A stretch of DNA of 35,661 nucleotides from contig NC_068988.1 in the NCBI RefSeq assembly GCF_001194135.2, forward strand, positions 68,898,499 through 68,934,159. Reading direction: 5' to 3'. Shown here piece after piece: positions 11,582 through 22,004 of the stretch (its first letter is position 1; every line of letters starts with the position of its first letter). Source of the DNA: Octopus bimaculoides. Its lineage: Eukaryota. The translations under genes were made by a program, and so were the position numbers. Below the pieces are notes generated by a model. That model saw only the letters and a list, made by a program, of their open reading frames with translations, made no database searches and had not been told where the DNA came from.

Positions 11582-11995
11582 GCTATTTATATCATGGTTC
11601 AAATCCCTATCCACCCCTATTTCTTTAGATTTTAATATTTTAAAATTATGGGCTGCAATTATTTGTGCTAAATTTATAGTATTTGAAAACCCAAATCTAA
11701 TGATATGTGTATTAATAATTTTACCATAGTGTGAATTCTTTGGGAAATGTCTGCTTATCACCTCTCTAAACTTTGCAATCAAGTTACTTTTGATATTCCT
11801 CCCAAATGAGATTATGAACCAAACATTATTATCAGAATTACGAATATCATTCTTAAAAACTTTTAAAATTACCTATGTTATGTTTATGGAAATTTTTGGA
11901 TATATAAACAAGGAGAACGATCCGTAAGGAATCTAATTTAGATTTTTTGAGGTGAAATCTGATGCTATATTGATAACGATTACAGAGTTTACTTT
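11075..11995 (-). mobile_element. Penelope-like element (PLE) fragment: RT thumb/linker plus GIY-YIG endonuclease, degenerate
   Basis: VWF...GRNIKSNLIAKFREVISRHFPKNSHYGKIIN...NLAQIIAAHNFKIL, then KNVVYQCKV...RRYLGCTSG (GIY-YIG-like VY..YLG) and downstream TSLSKYIWE; matches PLE consensus motifs (WFNPPF..KHFP, VVY..YIG, ELSKYIW). Confidence 0.88.
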
Positions 11996-12024
11996 GGAAA
12001 ATTATATATATATATATATATATA

Positions 12025-13062
12025 TAGTAGTGGCCTTAATATAAGGGTCAGTAAGAACAAGTGTATTGAAATATTTATTATAAAAGATTAACAAAATGTT
12101 AAGACTAGCTATTTTATGCATAAACAAAACGTTGAGACTGGATATTTTACACATAATTAGATGTATCTAATATCGATCTTTTGTGAAAATTTCAAATGGA
12201 ATGGAATGAATATTTCGTAAGTTATGTGGAAATAAACAAATAATCTTCCAAACTGCAACGACCAAAAGTTAAAGATCACTTAAAATAACAATTAAAAATG
12301 GAACAAGAACAAAAAAGAAACCCTTACTATTTATATTTTGTGGACATCCCTTTACTATCAATGACCTCCTGACTTCTGTTATCACAGGACTGAATTAATT
12401 TCTTGCAAAATGATGGAGTAATATTGTTACATTCGTTTTTCAATAACTCCCAGATTTCATCTTGGTTCTTTGGGTTTCTCCTTCGTGCCCCATCTCCAAT
12501 TTTCCAAACGGTTTCTAAAGGGTTGAGATCGGGACTTTGAGGTGGCAGTCCATGAGATTAACCTCATCATCACACAAAAAAATCATTGATTCTCTTCGCA
12601 GTGTGACAGGGAGCGTTTTCATGCACGAAGATAGGAGGTTGAACCGATGATGATTGGAGATGTGAAAGGGCATGCTGTCTAAGAATCTGCTTGTAGATTT
12701 CAGCATTGACAGTGCCTTGTAGGTGAATAAGTGAACGAGGACCAGCAGCAGAGATACACTATGCCATTACACTGTCTCCTCCATATTTCATTGTCTTCTT
12801 CACACATGCACGAGATAACCTTTCGCCACTTCTTCATCAGACGTACATCCCACCATCAGAACCATTCACATTAAACTTCAATTCATCACTAAAAATGAAC
12901 CTGTGACCACAGTTCTATCCAAACGACACGTTCATTAGCAAAACGAAGACAGGCTTTTTGATTCATCTTGGAGATCAGAACTTTCTTTACCGGTGTACGA
13001 GCAAGCAACGCAGAAACTTGCAACTTCTGGGAAACTGTTTTGCGCATAGTGTAAACACAGAG
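12025..13062 (-). mobile_element. Tc1-family (DD34E) transposon remnant, 5'-truncated, one TIR end preserved in (TA)n
   Basis: Translation across frameshifts (about 12327-13060): ARTPVKKVLISK..RFAN, F-SDELKFN, KKTMKYGGDSVM, G.VNAEIYKQIL, HENAPCHTAK...PPQSPDLNPLETVW...KGMSTKY. 34 residues separate the second catalytic site and the E after frame repair. TA|TAGTAGTGGCC end at 12025 resembles a CAGT-type Tc1 terminus. Confidence 0.92.
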
Positions 13063-13066
13063 TTAC

Positions 13067-13222
13067 ATACATATGTACTGACAGGGACTGAAAGTGCTCG
13101 AAAACGCTGGTCGAGAATTTCCTATACTGATTGGTCAGTTTCAACTAATTCCATAGCCCCATCAGTAGGAACCGCTCGATTTGGTTGATTCCAGACTTAA
13201 TTCTTTGTCAGTACATATGTAT
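13067..13222. mobile_element. Putative MITE with perfect 17-bp terminal inverted repeats
   Basis: ATACATATGTACTGACA (13067-13083) is the exact reverse complement of TGTCAGTACATATGTAT (13206-13222); Tc1 homology stops at its edge. Confidence 0.65.
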
Positions 13223-13275
13223 TTATCATAAAAACCAATGGATGATTTAGCAAATCACTAATGTGTATACAAAAG

Positions 13276-13361
13276 ATTAATATAGACAACCGTGTGCAAT
13301 GTTTTACCAAAAAGGAAAATTCCTTTTTGGTAACACATTGCCCATGGCTGTCTATATTAAT
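13276..13361. repeat. 86-bp foldback palindrome (42-bp arms, 38/42 matched, 2-nt spacer)
   Basis: ATTAATATAGACAACCGTGTGCAATGTTTTACCAAAAAGGAA-AA-TTCCTTTTTGGTAACACATTGCCCATGGCTGTCTATATTAAT. Confidence 0.95.
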
Positions 13362-13373
13362 TTGATATACTTA

Positions 13374-13412
<39 letters not shown>
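13374..13412. repeat. (CA)n microsatellite
   Basis: Seen directly. Confidence 0.95.
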
Positions 13413-13414
<2 letters not shown>

Positions 13415-13783
13415 TTCATTCTAAATTTAACTAATTTTGGATCACCTTAAAACAATGTGCTATCATGTATTTTCAGAAATATTAATTTCAATGATATTTT
13501 CTATATGAAATATGCTGATACAACAGAAACAGTCGTTGGCTTTATAAGAGGAATTCTACAATAAAAGATTTGATTTTCTCTATTCATATTTTTGCAGTCT
13601 AATACTCTGAATTTCTTGAATTTCTTCTAAATAATATTTGGATCTGATTGTCATACATGAGGAATAACCTTGGGTGTATATTCTACTTGTATTTATTGGA
13701 TATAGTTAACCAAATTCGTTTCAAACTGAGTGCTTTATTGATATCAGCCTGAATTTTTAAAATTCTTCTTCTTCTTCTAATTA

Positions 13784-14092
13784 GTATTATTATTATTATT
13801 ATTATTATTATTCGAATTATTATTATTATTATTATTATTATTGAGTGAGAGAGCAGTGCATGCCATCAAAGTGACACTGGTGTAAAATATGCAAAGCCCA
13901 TTATACCCATCATGACTACCTGTCTGATAAGGGTACACCAGGCACATGCATCACAACCATATGTGCGCGACATGGTGATCTCATATCAAAATAAACAGCG
14001 CATGACCTCGCAGGTGGGGCCCAGTTAGAATTTTCTTCAGGTCGTGTAGCCCACCCCACTCAAAAGGTCCCTGAATAAGGTTTGTTTAAGGA
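13784..14092 (-). mobile_element. Probable retroelement 3' end with (AAT)n tail
   Basis: A GC-richer 250-bp block (GAGTGAGAGAGCAGTGCATGCC...GTTTAAGGAT) abuts an (ATT)n run. I recall it as a recurrent octopus interspersed repeat; unverified. Confidence 0.45.
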
Positions 14093-14093
14093 T

Positions 14094-14405
14094 ATTCGTC
14101 CTATTTTTCTGGACTGACATATTAGTTTGGTGATAACTATTAACACCCAGTACTGCTGCCGTAGTCTCCACATTGATAAAGGGCAAATACTCTGAAACTA
14201 GTGTGTGGGTGTCTAAACAAGCATAGGGAACTGATGACCCCCACCCCTGTTCAAAGGTTGCAATGGACACAGGTTTGTGTGTCACATAGCTAGCTAGCGG
14301 CAATGGCTTCTTGGAGCTAATCAACAGCAGCATTCGTGCTATTTTTCTGGACTGCATGTTAGCTTGGCGATAACTATAAATACCCAGTACTGCTGCCATA
14401 GTCTC
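14094..14405. repeat. Two ~75-bp direct repeats (14094-14168, 14332-14405; ~89% identical) 238 bp apart
   Basis: ATTCGT(C/G)CTATTTTTCTGGACTG...GATAACTAT.AA.ACCCAGTACTGCTGCC.TAGTCTC occurs twice; 7 substitutions and 1 indel by eye. Confidence 0.92.
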
Positions 14406-14450
14406 ATTTAGAGAGATTTAGAAATAATAATATTTATATATATATGTATA

Positions 14451-14585
14451 CAAGGGAGTGCTGAAAAGTTCCTGGTCATAGGTAAAAGAATATACAGGGG
14501 TATCAGTTATGATTTCAGCTTCACACACTTATTGCAAAAGTTCTTTAGTTTTCCTAAGCCTTGTAAAAGAACTTGGAAAATTGGA
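14451..14585 (+). mobile_element. Truncated mariner-derived MITE (one TIR)
   Basis: TA|CAAGGGAGTGCTGAAAAGTTCCTGG resembles mariner TIRs, including the AAAAGTTCC core of the TIRs at 34619/35536. Confidence 0.6.
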
Positions 14586-14613
14586 GTAACTTTTTATGTA
14601 TGTATATATATGT

Positions 14614-14649
<36 letters not shown>

Positions 14650-14960
14650 GTGAAAAGACATTCGAGCGAGATCGTTGCCAGTGCCACTGGACTGGCTCCT
14701 GTGCAGGTGGCACGTAAAATACACCATTTCGAGCATGGCCGTTGCCAGTACCGCCTGACTGGCCTTCGTGCCGGTGGCACGTAAAACCACCCACTACACT
14801 CTCGGAGTGGTTGGCGTTAGGAAGGGCATCCAGCTGTAGAAACTCTGCTAAATCAGATTGGAGCCTGGTGTAGCCATCCGGTTTCACCAGTCCTCAGTCA
14901 AATCGTCCAACCCATGCTAGCATGGAAAGCGGACGTTAAATGGCGATGATGATGATGATG
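14650..14960 (+). mobile_element. RTE-type 3' UTR/tail, young subfamily, ends in (GAT)n
   Basis: Near-identical reverse complement of 25628-26035; contains GGTTGGCGTTAGGAAGGGCATCCAGC and ends CATGGAAAGCGGACGTTAAA...(GAT)n. Confidence 0.88.
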
Positions 14961-15197
14961 ATACACACATATTTATTTATCAATTGGAACAGTGAAACTC
15001 AAAGCAGATGATACTATAAACAGTTGCATGTAAATATTTGTATAGAAACAGTTAAAGGCTACCTGTCAGACTCAAACTCAGATCTCCTATGAACATGACA
15101 CATGTTCTACCATTCTTTGAATTTCTCTATTTTTAAAACCTTATTCTTAGCAGTGAGAACTGTGTTGATGTTATAAAAGTTTATAAACTTCAAAATT

Positions 15198-15565
15198 CAT
15201 CATCATCATTTAACATCTGTTTTTCATGCTGGTATGGGTTGGACAGTTTCAGAGGAGCTGACCAACTGAAGGACTGTTCAGATTCCATGTCTGTTGTGGC
15301 ATGGTCTCTATGGCCGGATGCCCTGCCTAATGTCAACCACTATACAGAGTGTACTGGATGCTTTTATGCAGCACCGGTAAGGGTACTTTTTATATGGCAC
15401 CAGCACCTTCAAGACCACAAGATTAGGGCTGCTCAGCTGGAGAAGGTTGCAGGGGTCAAGCCTGTGTGCAAGGGCAACCATGTTTTTACTTAGCTTGACA
15501 TGTCTATTCAATCACAGCAAATCGCTAGGCATCTCAGTCCCCTGTGATCTTCTGTGAGTCCCGCC
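15198..15565 (-). mobile_element. RTE-type 3' UTR/tail, diverged
   Basis: (CAT)n TTTAACATCTG..CATGCTGGTATGGGTTGGAC and GGATGCCCT.CCTAATG.CAACCAC motifs shared with 4505-4700. Confidence 0.8.
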
Positions 15566-15636
15566 TTTACATCCTTTCAAAGATTATGTGAAATAATTCT
15601 TTTTGGAAACTTGAAGCTGATAAAGCTATATATTAA

Positions 15637-15668
15637 TGTGTGTGTGTGTGTGTGTGTGAGTGTGTGTG

Positions 15669-15709
<41 letters not shown>

Positions 15710-15735
15710 CTGTGTCTGTGTGTGTGTGTGTGTGT
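15637..15735. repeat. (TG)n microsatellite
   Basis: Seen directly. Confidence 0.97.
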
Positions 15736-16699
15736 ACATGCACTCATACATTTATAAAGATGCATACAGTCATATGTATTGTTATAAGTAGCAGTTACAA
15801 AATATTTTATCATAATTCTATAGATTCACTTCTTATATTTTACTTCACTGCAAAATGGTTCTACTATGTTGCAAAATTGTTATTGATACTTTTAGGACCA
15901 TTTCTACAACATTTTGCATTCTTTCTTATCAGAGTCTAGACAATTAGCAAAAGAGAAAAAAAATATGCAATCATATATCATTGAACTATGACAAATATTT
16001 GCTTCAATGCATCTGTGTGCTAAACAATGAATGTAAAATGCCTTAATTTACATAAGAAATACATTTGCATGCAATATAATTATTGTTGTTTGTATGAAAC
16101 ACAATTGTATCTGTGTTTTGTGTTAGATATGTAAAAAGCATTTATTTTTATGCTGACCATAACAAAAAGCTTTGAATAATTTTCCTACATCTCACATAAA
16201 ATGATGCAATAATGTTCCATGTACAATTTTGCAACTAATTTAGACCATATGAATAAAAGAGAATTTCTACAATATTAATTGCTAATTATGGTAATACTCA
16301 TTTATTCAAGAAATATTAATTATTAATTAATAGGTACATAGTTGAAATTAAAAGTTACTGCACCACACATACATAATATACATAAAATACATACATTATT
16401 TATAGAATTTTTAAATATATTTGTTATTAAGATGTTTAGCAAAATAGAAAAATACAAAAGAAAGAAACCACAACGATAAATTAAAAATAAATGAGACATT
16501 AGAAAGAGTAGTTAATTTACAGAAGTAATTAATAGAAAAATGGAAATTAATTCATTTCTGAAGTCTTTCTTTTTTTTTTCCTTCATTAGTAGACAATAAA
16601 CACTTACATTATGGCAATTTATCAAATACTATTAATATTCATTAATAACTGAAGTAAAACACGATCATGTAAGGAATATCATCCATGATATAAACAGAG

Positions 16700-16960
16700 C
16701 CAACAGCCACAACAAACAATGCAGTAAACATTCAAAACAACGTAAACAACACAACAAACAACCACAGCACAACTACAAAAGCAATAACAACACAATACAT
16801 CAACCACAACAGCACACCATATTGTCACAATGAAAATAAGAATAACTAAGTAACAACAACAACATCAATGACAACACATTTAATAGCCAACACAACCGAC
16901 AGCTACACCATCAACAACCACAACAACAACACTACAAACAGTTACAAGAACGATAACTAA
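16700..16960. repeat. Degenerate (CAA/ACA)n low-complexity tract
   Basis: C/A-only runs such as CAACAACAAC and ACCACAACAAC throughout; G and T depleted. Confidence 0.8.
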
Positions 16961-17035
16961 ATAGTTAATTATTCAATGACAATATATGGCAGAATAGTAA
17001 TTTCCTTATTGTTTTTCAATGTAAAGGATGATAGT

Positions 17036-17053
17036 TCTCTCTCTCTCCCTCCC

Positions 17054-17103
<50 letters not shown>

Positions 17104-17139
17104 NNNNNNNNNNNNNNNNNNNNNNNNNNNNNNNNNNNN

Positions 17140-17176
<37 letters not shown>
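17036..17176. repeat. (CT)n and (CA)n microsatellites flanking gap 17104-17139
   Basis: Seen directly. Confidence 0.95.
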
Positions 17177-17178
<2 letters not shown>

Positions 17179-17611
17179 TATATATTTGTCTTTGCATTAA
17201 AGTGTGGGTTAGAAGGTGTATGGTGCATCCTTATGTGGGTATAATGGCCCCTTGTTCAGAAATTATAAATATATAGAATATGTATATTTACTTTAACGGG
17301 ACATAATTTTCTAGTGTTAGTCCCTTTGTGTTGCTTTTCAGATTTTGATGACTCTGAAGTGTTGTCTTCGTCATCATCATCATCATCATCATCATTGTTG
17401 TCATTGCTTTACACACACTTTCTATACAATGTCAGACGGTCACAATGGTCTGAGTCTGTTCTTTCTCAGAGTTAGCACACTCCACCTAAAGCAGTTTGAG
17501 GACAGTGGCTGGCTCAAATGTTTCAATTTTGCTTTGTACTTTTCAGCTGGAATCACAGTACAGTGATAACTGAGCACATTTTTATCATGGCGCCACCAAG
17601 CACTGGAGATG

Positions 17612-17972
17612 TGAGGCAATGACAAATGACTGAGACTGTTGGCAATTTGCTGTGCTTAAAAAGACACATCAGGCTTAGTGAAATCATAGTGATGTCAAGT
17701 GCTGGTGACACGTAAAAGGCGCCTGAGCCAGTGACACATAAAAGGTAACTGTACTGGTGACATGTTAAAAGTACTCATGCCAGTGACTTGTTAAAGGAAC
17801 ATGGTACACTCTGCAGAGTGGTTGGCATTAGGAATGGCATCAAGCAATAGAAACCAAACCAAAACAGACTGGAGCCTAGTGCAGTGTCTAACCCTTGTCA
17901 GCATGGAAAACAGATGCTAGATAATAATGATGATGATGATGATGACGATGATGATGATGACGATGATGATGA
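17612..17972 (+). mobile_element. RTE 3' end: last ORF codons, UTR repeats and long (GAT)n tail
   Basis: EAMTND*DCWQFAVLKKT parallels EAMT..DLWRYAVTEKT of the 4505 copy; GTGCTGGTGACACGTAAAAG units; (GAT)n at 17924-17972. Confidence 0.82.
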
Positions 17973-18019
17973 TACACACACACACACACACATCCTGAGT
18001 AGGACAATAAACTACATCC

Positions 18020-19240
18020 AGCAGCAATGCCACTGATCTGGAGACTGGATGATCTGAGGAGTGTGGAAACACCTCTTTATTGCTATTGTTCCCAGGTTCT
18101 CCTGGCAGATAGGGGTCACACAGCGACACTCCAATGCCACCAAACTTTAACCGAAAATCTCCGTCAGTCACTCTGGCTGAGGAAGTTGAGGGCCCATAGA
18201 TTTGGAGCTACAACTTCACAGGTGATCTTCAGAGGTCTGGAGTCAGCATGTCACATCATGGGTGCCACAAAACAAGGGCCTGGTGTCATAGTGTATGATT
18301 TTCAGCCTGACAAGCTGTCGTCCACCTTAAACAAATTCATGCCAATGGCTCATTTCAGCATCTTATTCTGCTTCTTTCCTACTCCCTAAGTTTTACAAAA
18401 GTTCAAAGGTGATCATATAAGGATGTTGGGAGCAGGCTGTAATGTAGCTGGAAGCTCCTGGTCCTAAGCTGCACTTCAGTAGCAGGTATGTGATGGTCAG
18501 TTTCCTGTGACCTATGATGACACAGGAATCTGATCCTGCATGTGCAACTGGGAAGTCCTTTTTAGGAGTACTGCTGCCCACCTCAAATAGAGAAGGCCCT
18601 AGAAAATGTGGGCTATACATCAGTAGTCACATGATACACCTGGTTTATGGAACTGCATTAGTGGGTCCTGCAATGTACAAACTCTCTCAGACTGAAAGGG
18701 CACAGTATGTTCTGAGCAAAGAACAGTACTCATTTCAAGGGAACTTGCCAAAGTTGACATTGTTGCTTTAAGTGAGACCTGCATACCAGAAGAAGGCCAG
18801 TGGGAAGAAACCAGAGCTGGTTACCCCTTCTTTTGGAAGGGCAAAAACCAGGAAGATCCACATGACTATGGTGTTGGTTTTACCATCAGGAGTTAGCTTG
18901 TCAGAAGGCACAGCCTGGCACCGAAAGCCATCAACAAGCACCTCATAATAATATGCATTCCATGTCCTAGGATAATATGCATGCCACTTCATGACCCAGT
19001 GCTTATGCCCCAATACTTGATGCAGAGGAAGACATCAAAGAGGCATTTTAGCAGCAACTGGGTACCACATGGTCCTGTCCTTTTTGAGTATTAAAGTCAT
19101 CCTGCTCTTGGATGACTTTAATGCTCGAGGAGGACAGGACCACCGATTATGGCCAAATGTAACTAAGAGAGAAGAAATTGGAAACTGTAGTGAAAATAGT
19201 CAGCTCCTCCTTGGCTTCTGTACTGAATCCCTAAAACTCC
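18020..19240 (+). mobile_element. RTE/BovB-like LINE 5' fragment with decayed AP-endonuclease domain (about 18645-19235); no RT
   Basis: CNVQTL..EQRTVLISRELAKVDIVALSET, GYPFFWKG, GVGFTI, AYAP..AEEDIKEAF, ILLLDDFNAR, GNCSENSQLLLGFC correspond to the APE motifs WNVRTL / ALSET / SAYAPT / GDFNARVG. The 5' UTR assignment (18020-18640) is weaker. Confidence 0.85.
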
Positions 19241-19741
19241 AGAACTACACAACAAATTTCATTCAAATTTTACACATGCCTTACTTAGGGTCCCAGTTGT
19301 GTTTTAGTCAAAATCAAATTTTAACTTCTTGCATACTTCCAGCCCACAGCAACATCATATCTCCTCCACTATTTAAGTATTACATGTCAAAAGTGAAATA
19401 AAAACACTCATGTCATTCGAAGTGGAATCTCAAATACATTGTTATTATTAAATTTATGCATTTCTAATCAATATGGAGATATTTGCTATCGAGTTGCAGA
19501 TTTTTAACAATGCATTTGGTGATTATTTGCTTTATTTCTCGGGCAAAATTTACAACTTAGAATAAAAGAATAAAATTATTATTTCATTCAAAAACTGATG
19601 AGCCTTGCTTTTAGTGATGACTTGAAATGGTAAATATTTTTTCTAACTGTGTTTGCTTGAAAAAACATACTTTTCTTTATAGTAAGCAATTCATTATAAT
19701 TACTTTTACGATGTGCCTAAATAAAAACCATCGTTATAGAT

Positions 19742-19866
19742 CAGCATTTCTCAAACTTTTCGTGATTTGGCTTCCCTTGGACATTGAAAAAATTTATTTC
19801 AGCTCCCCTGTGTTGATGAAAAATTTAATCCAGCTTCCCATATGTATGAGATACACCGGCCGGCCC
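19742..19866 (+). mobile_element. Possible hAT (Charlie/Buster-type) non-autonomous element end
   Basis: CAGCATTTCTCAAACTTTT resembles hAT TIRs; the preceding 8-mer TTATAGAT fits the NNNTANNN target preference; the other end is not seen (gap). Confidence 0.4.
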
Positions 19867-19876
19867 NNNNNNNNNN

Positions 19877-20461
19877 TGATTATCAAAAGATTGTGCTCCC
19901 GAGTTCTGTAGGCAACAATCTTGAATGAACCGGCCGCTGGCTAAGACATACTTATAACTTCCATGTCCCTTACCCACTCCGATATGACCTACAAGTTTAA
20001 ACAGATGCAATTTCCCATCAAACTCTGCTTTCCCATGACAATCAACAAGGTGCAGGGACAATCAGTGCAAGTGGTTGGTTTGAATCTAACAGAAGAAGTA
20101 TTCTCACATGCACAATGGTACGTTGGCCGTCCCCATGGTCTTTCTATTTGTGCACCTGAGGGAAGGACGAAGAATGTTGTCTATCAAGAGGCACTCCAAT
20201 GATAACAACGGCAACTTCAACTGCTCCAATTTCAACTCCGCAATTTTTCATCGTCCTGCCAGCCCACGTAAGTCCAGTCTTGCTTTGCTCTCCTTACTAA
20301 CTCACCATGACATTCTTTTTTTTTCTACCAAGATCCGTCGCCCAAACACCACTTCGTATCCACTTCGTATCCACTTCGTATCCACTTCTTCCTCTTTTTT
20401 ATGTCTTCATTTCTCTCTTCACTTCATTCTCTGACAGGGTGAAACCGGGCTTAGCTGCTAG
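19877..20461 (+). mobile_element. Helitron 3' end: PIF1-like helicase C-terminus, 3' UTR, subterminal hairpin remnant and CTAG terminus
   Basis: MQFPIKLCFPMTINKVQGQSVQVVGLNL..VFSHAQWYV...GRTKNVVYQEAL corresponds to the Helitron QFP..AMTINKSQGQS..FSHGQLYV motifs; the end reads CAGGGTGAAACCGGG-CTTAGCTG-CTAG|T (CTAG at 20458-20461); (CACTTCGTATC)x3 at 20350-20382. Confidence 0.9.
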
Positions 20462-20544
20462 TATGTATAAACACACACACACATATATATATAGTAGGGA
20501 GAAAGTTTATCTTAACTATTTACTGCAAAACAAAAGTAAAGCAT

Positions 20545-20925
20545 AAGAAAGTAGTGATTGGACTGTGGTGCCACCTTGCAGGGTTTTAGTCAAATAAACA
20601 AAATAACCCCAGTACTTATTATTTTTTTTTCCCATATAAGCCTGGTACTTGTTCTGTCTCTTTTGCCAAACTGCTAAGTCATGGAGCCATCCACAAATCG
20701 ATCCTAGCTGGCAAGGGATGGTGAGGAACAAGTACAGACACAAATACACATATACATAGATATATACACACATACATACATATGATGGGCTTCAGTTACC
20801 ATCAACCATATCCATTCACAAGGATTTGTTTGGCCCAAGCCTATAGTAGAAGACACTTGATCGAGGTGCCATGCTGTGGGATTGAACTATGGTTGGGAAG
20901 CAAGCTTCTTACCACACAGCCACAT
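20545..20925 (-). mobile_element. Near full-length diverged SINE, reverse orientation
   Basis: GTTGGGAAGCAAGCTTCTTACCACACAGCCAC and CTATAGTAGAAGACACTTG are reverse complements of the SINE head. Confidence 0.85.
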
Positions 20926-22004
20926 ATTTCTCTTAAAATTACAAAATTGCAAGATAACTGTTTAATTTCAAAAATTTATTATTTACTGCATATATGCATA
21001 TATCTTGGCCTTTGAAGTCTTTGCTACAAGTCATTTTTTCTTGGTAATAAATAGTATTGAATGAAGTATTTCATTTCAAGACATATTGCATTTCAAGAAG
21101 ATCACCACTTGTGAGTTGCTATTGTATTATGTATATCATTCTCAAAGCAGATGTATAGATATGAGAAAAAATTAATCTGATGGAAAACATAAAAAATAAT
21201 TCTTGCTAAATTTTATCCATCAAAAACCATGTTCATCTGATTTAACATCTTTTAACAAATATGCATAATGTTTTATAGACTTGCAACATTGCTTATCTCT
21301 TTAATGTCTATATATATTCTTGAAATATTCAAAACAAAATTCATTGCAATAAATACAGGCTTATGTAAAACTGATGAGTTGACTATAACCAGCATGCCAA
21401 TAAAAGATACTGGACACATAAAATAAAAACTTAATTAATACTTTTGATAATTTCAGCTGAAAAATAACTATTACTCCTCACCCAATTATGAAAATTTTAT
21501 AAATATTATTTGCAACATAATTACAAACGCATTCATAATAGCAAACCTAATGAAAAATTTACATTTACTTATAATTCTGTGAATTAGATTCTCTAACCTG
21601 TAATGAAATAAAGAAATTTTCAATTTTTGGCAATGCAACCACCTACCACAGTAAAGCATTAGGAGCTTAGTGACTGGAAAATAAGATCATATGTACACCT
21701 AATTCCCTACTGTCCAAGAGTAAGGAAAAATACTGAAACAGTATATGAGTTACCTTCTCCCTCTTATTAAATATTAAGTCTAAAAGCCTTCCAGCACAAA
21801 TAAATAAACAATTCTCTATTAATAGCTGATACGAAAAATAATTTGATAGAAATAATTTGATGCTGAGTTATAGTTGTACAATCAATAAGAGAAACTTTAT
21901 AACAAACCAACCAAATTAGCTGAGAAGAATAAATGAATGCACCTTAAATCAGCCAAGCAACACTGAAGTGTTGCATGGTGATGCATGCTAGGGATAAAGC
22001 AATG

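Noticed and set aside
14190-14245. Hammerhead at GAAACTAGT...CTGATGA
   Set aside because: No stem II pairing, and the putative cleavage triplet would be GUG; kept only as a remark in the direct-repeat finding.
14037-14399. 120-aa minus-strand ORF with internal repeat
   Set aside because: The repeat simply mirrors the 75-bp DNA duplication; no recognisable domain.
17345-17566. His-rich ORF
   Set aside because: Poly-His derives from a (CAT)n microsatellite.
19594-19635. Hammerhead at CTGATGAG...GAAA
   Set aside because: Stem II and stem III cannot be formed.
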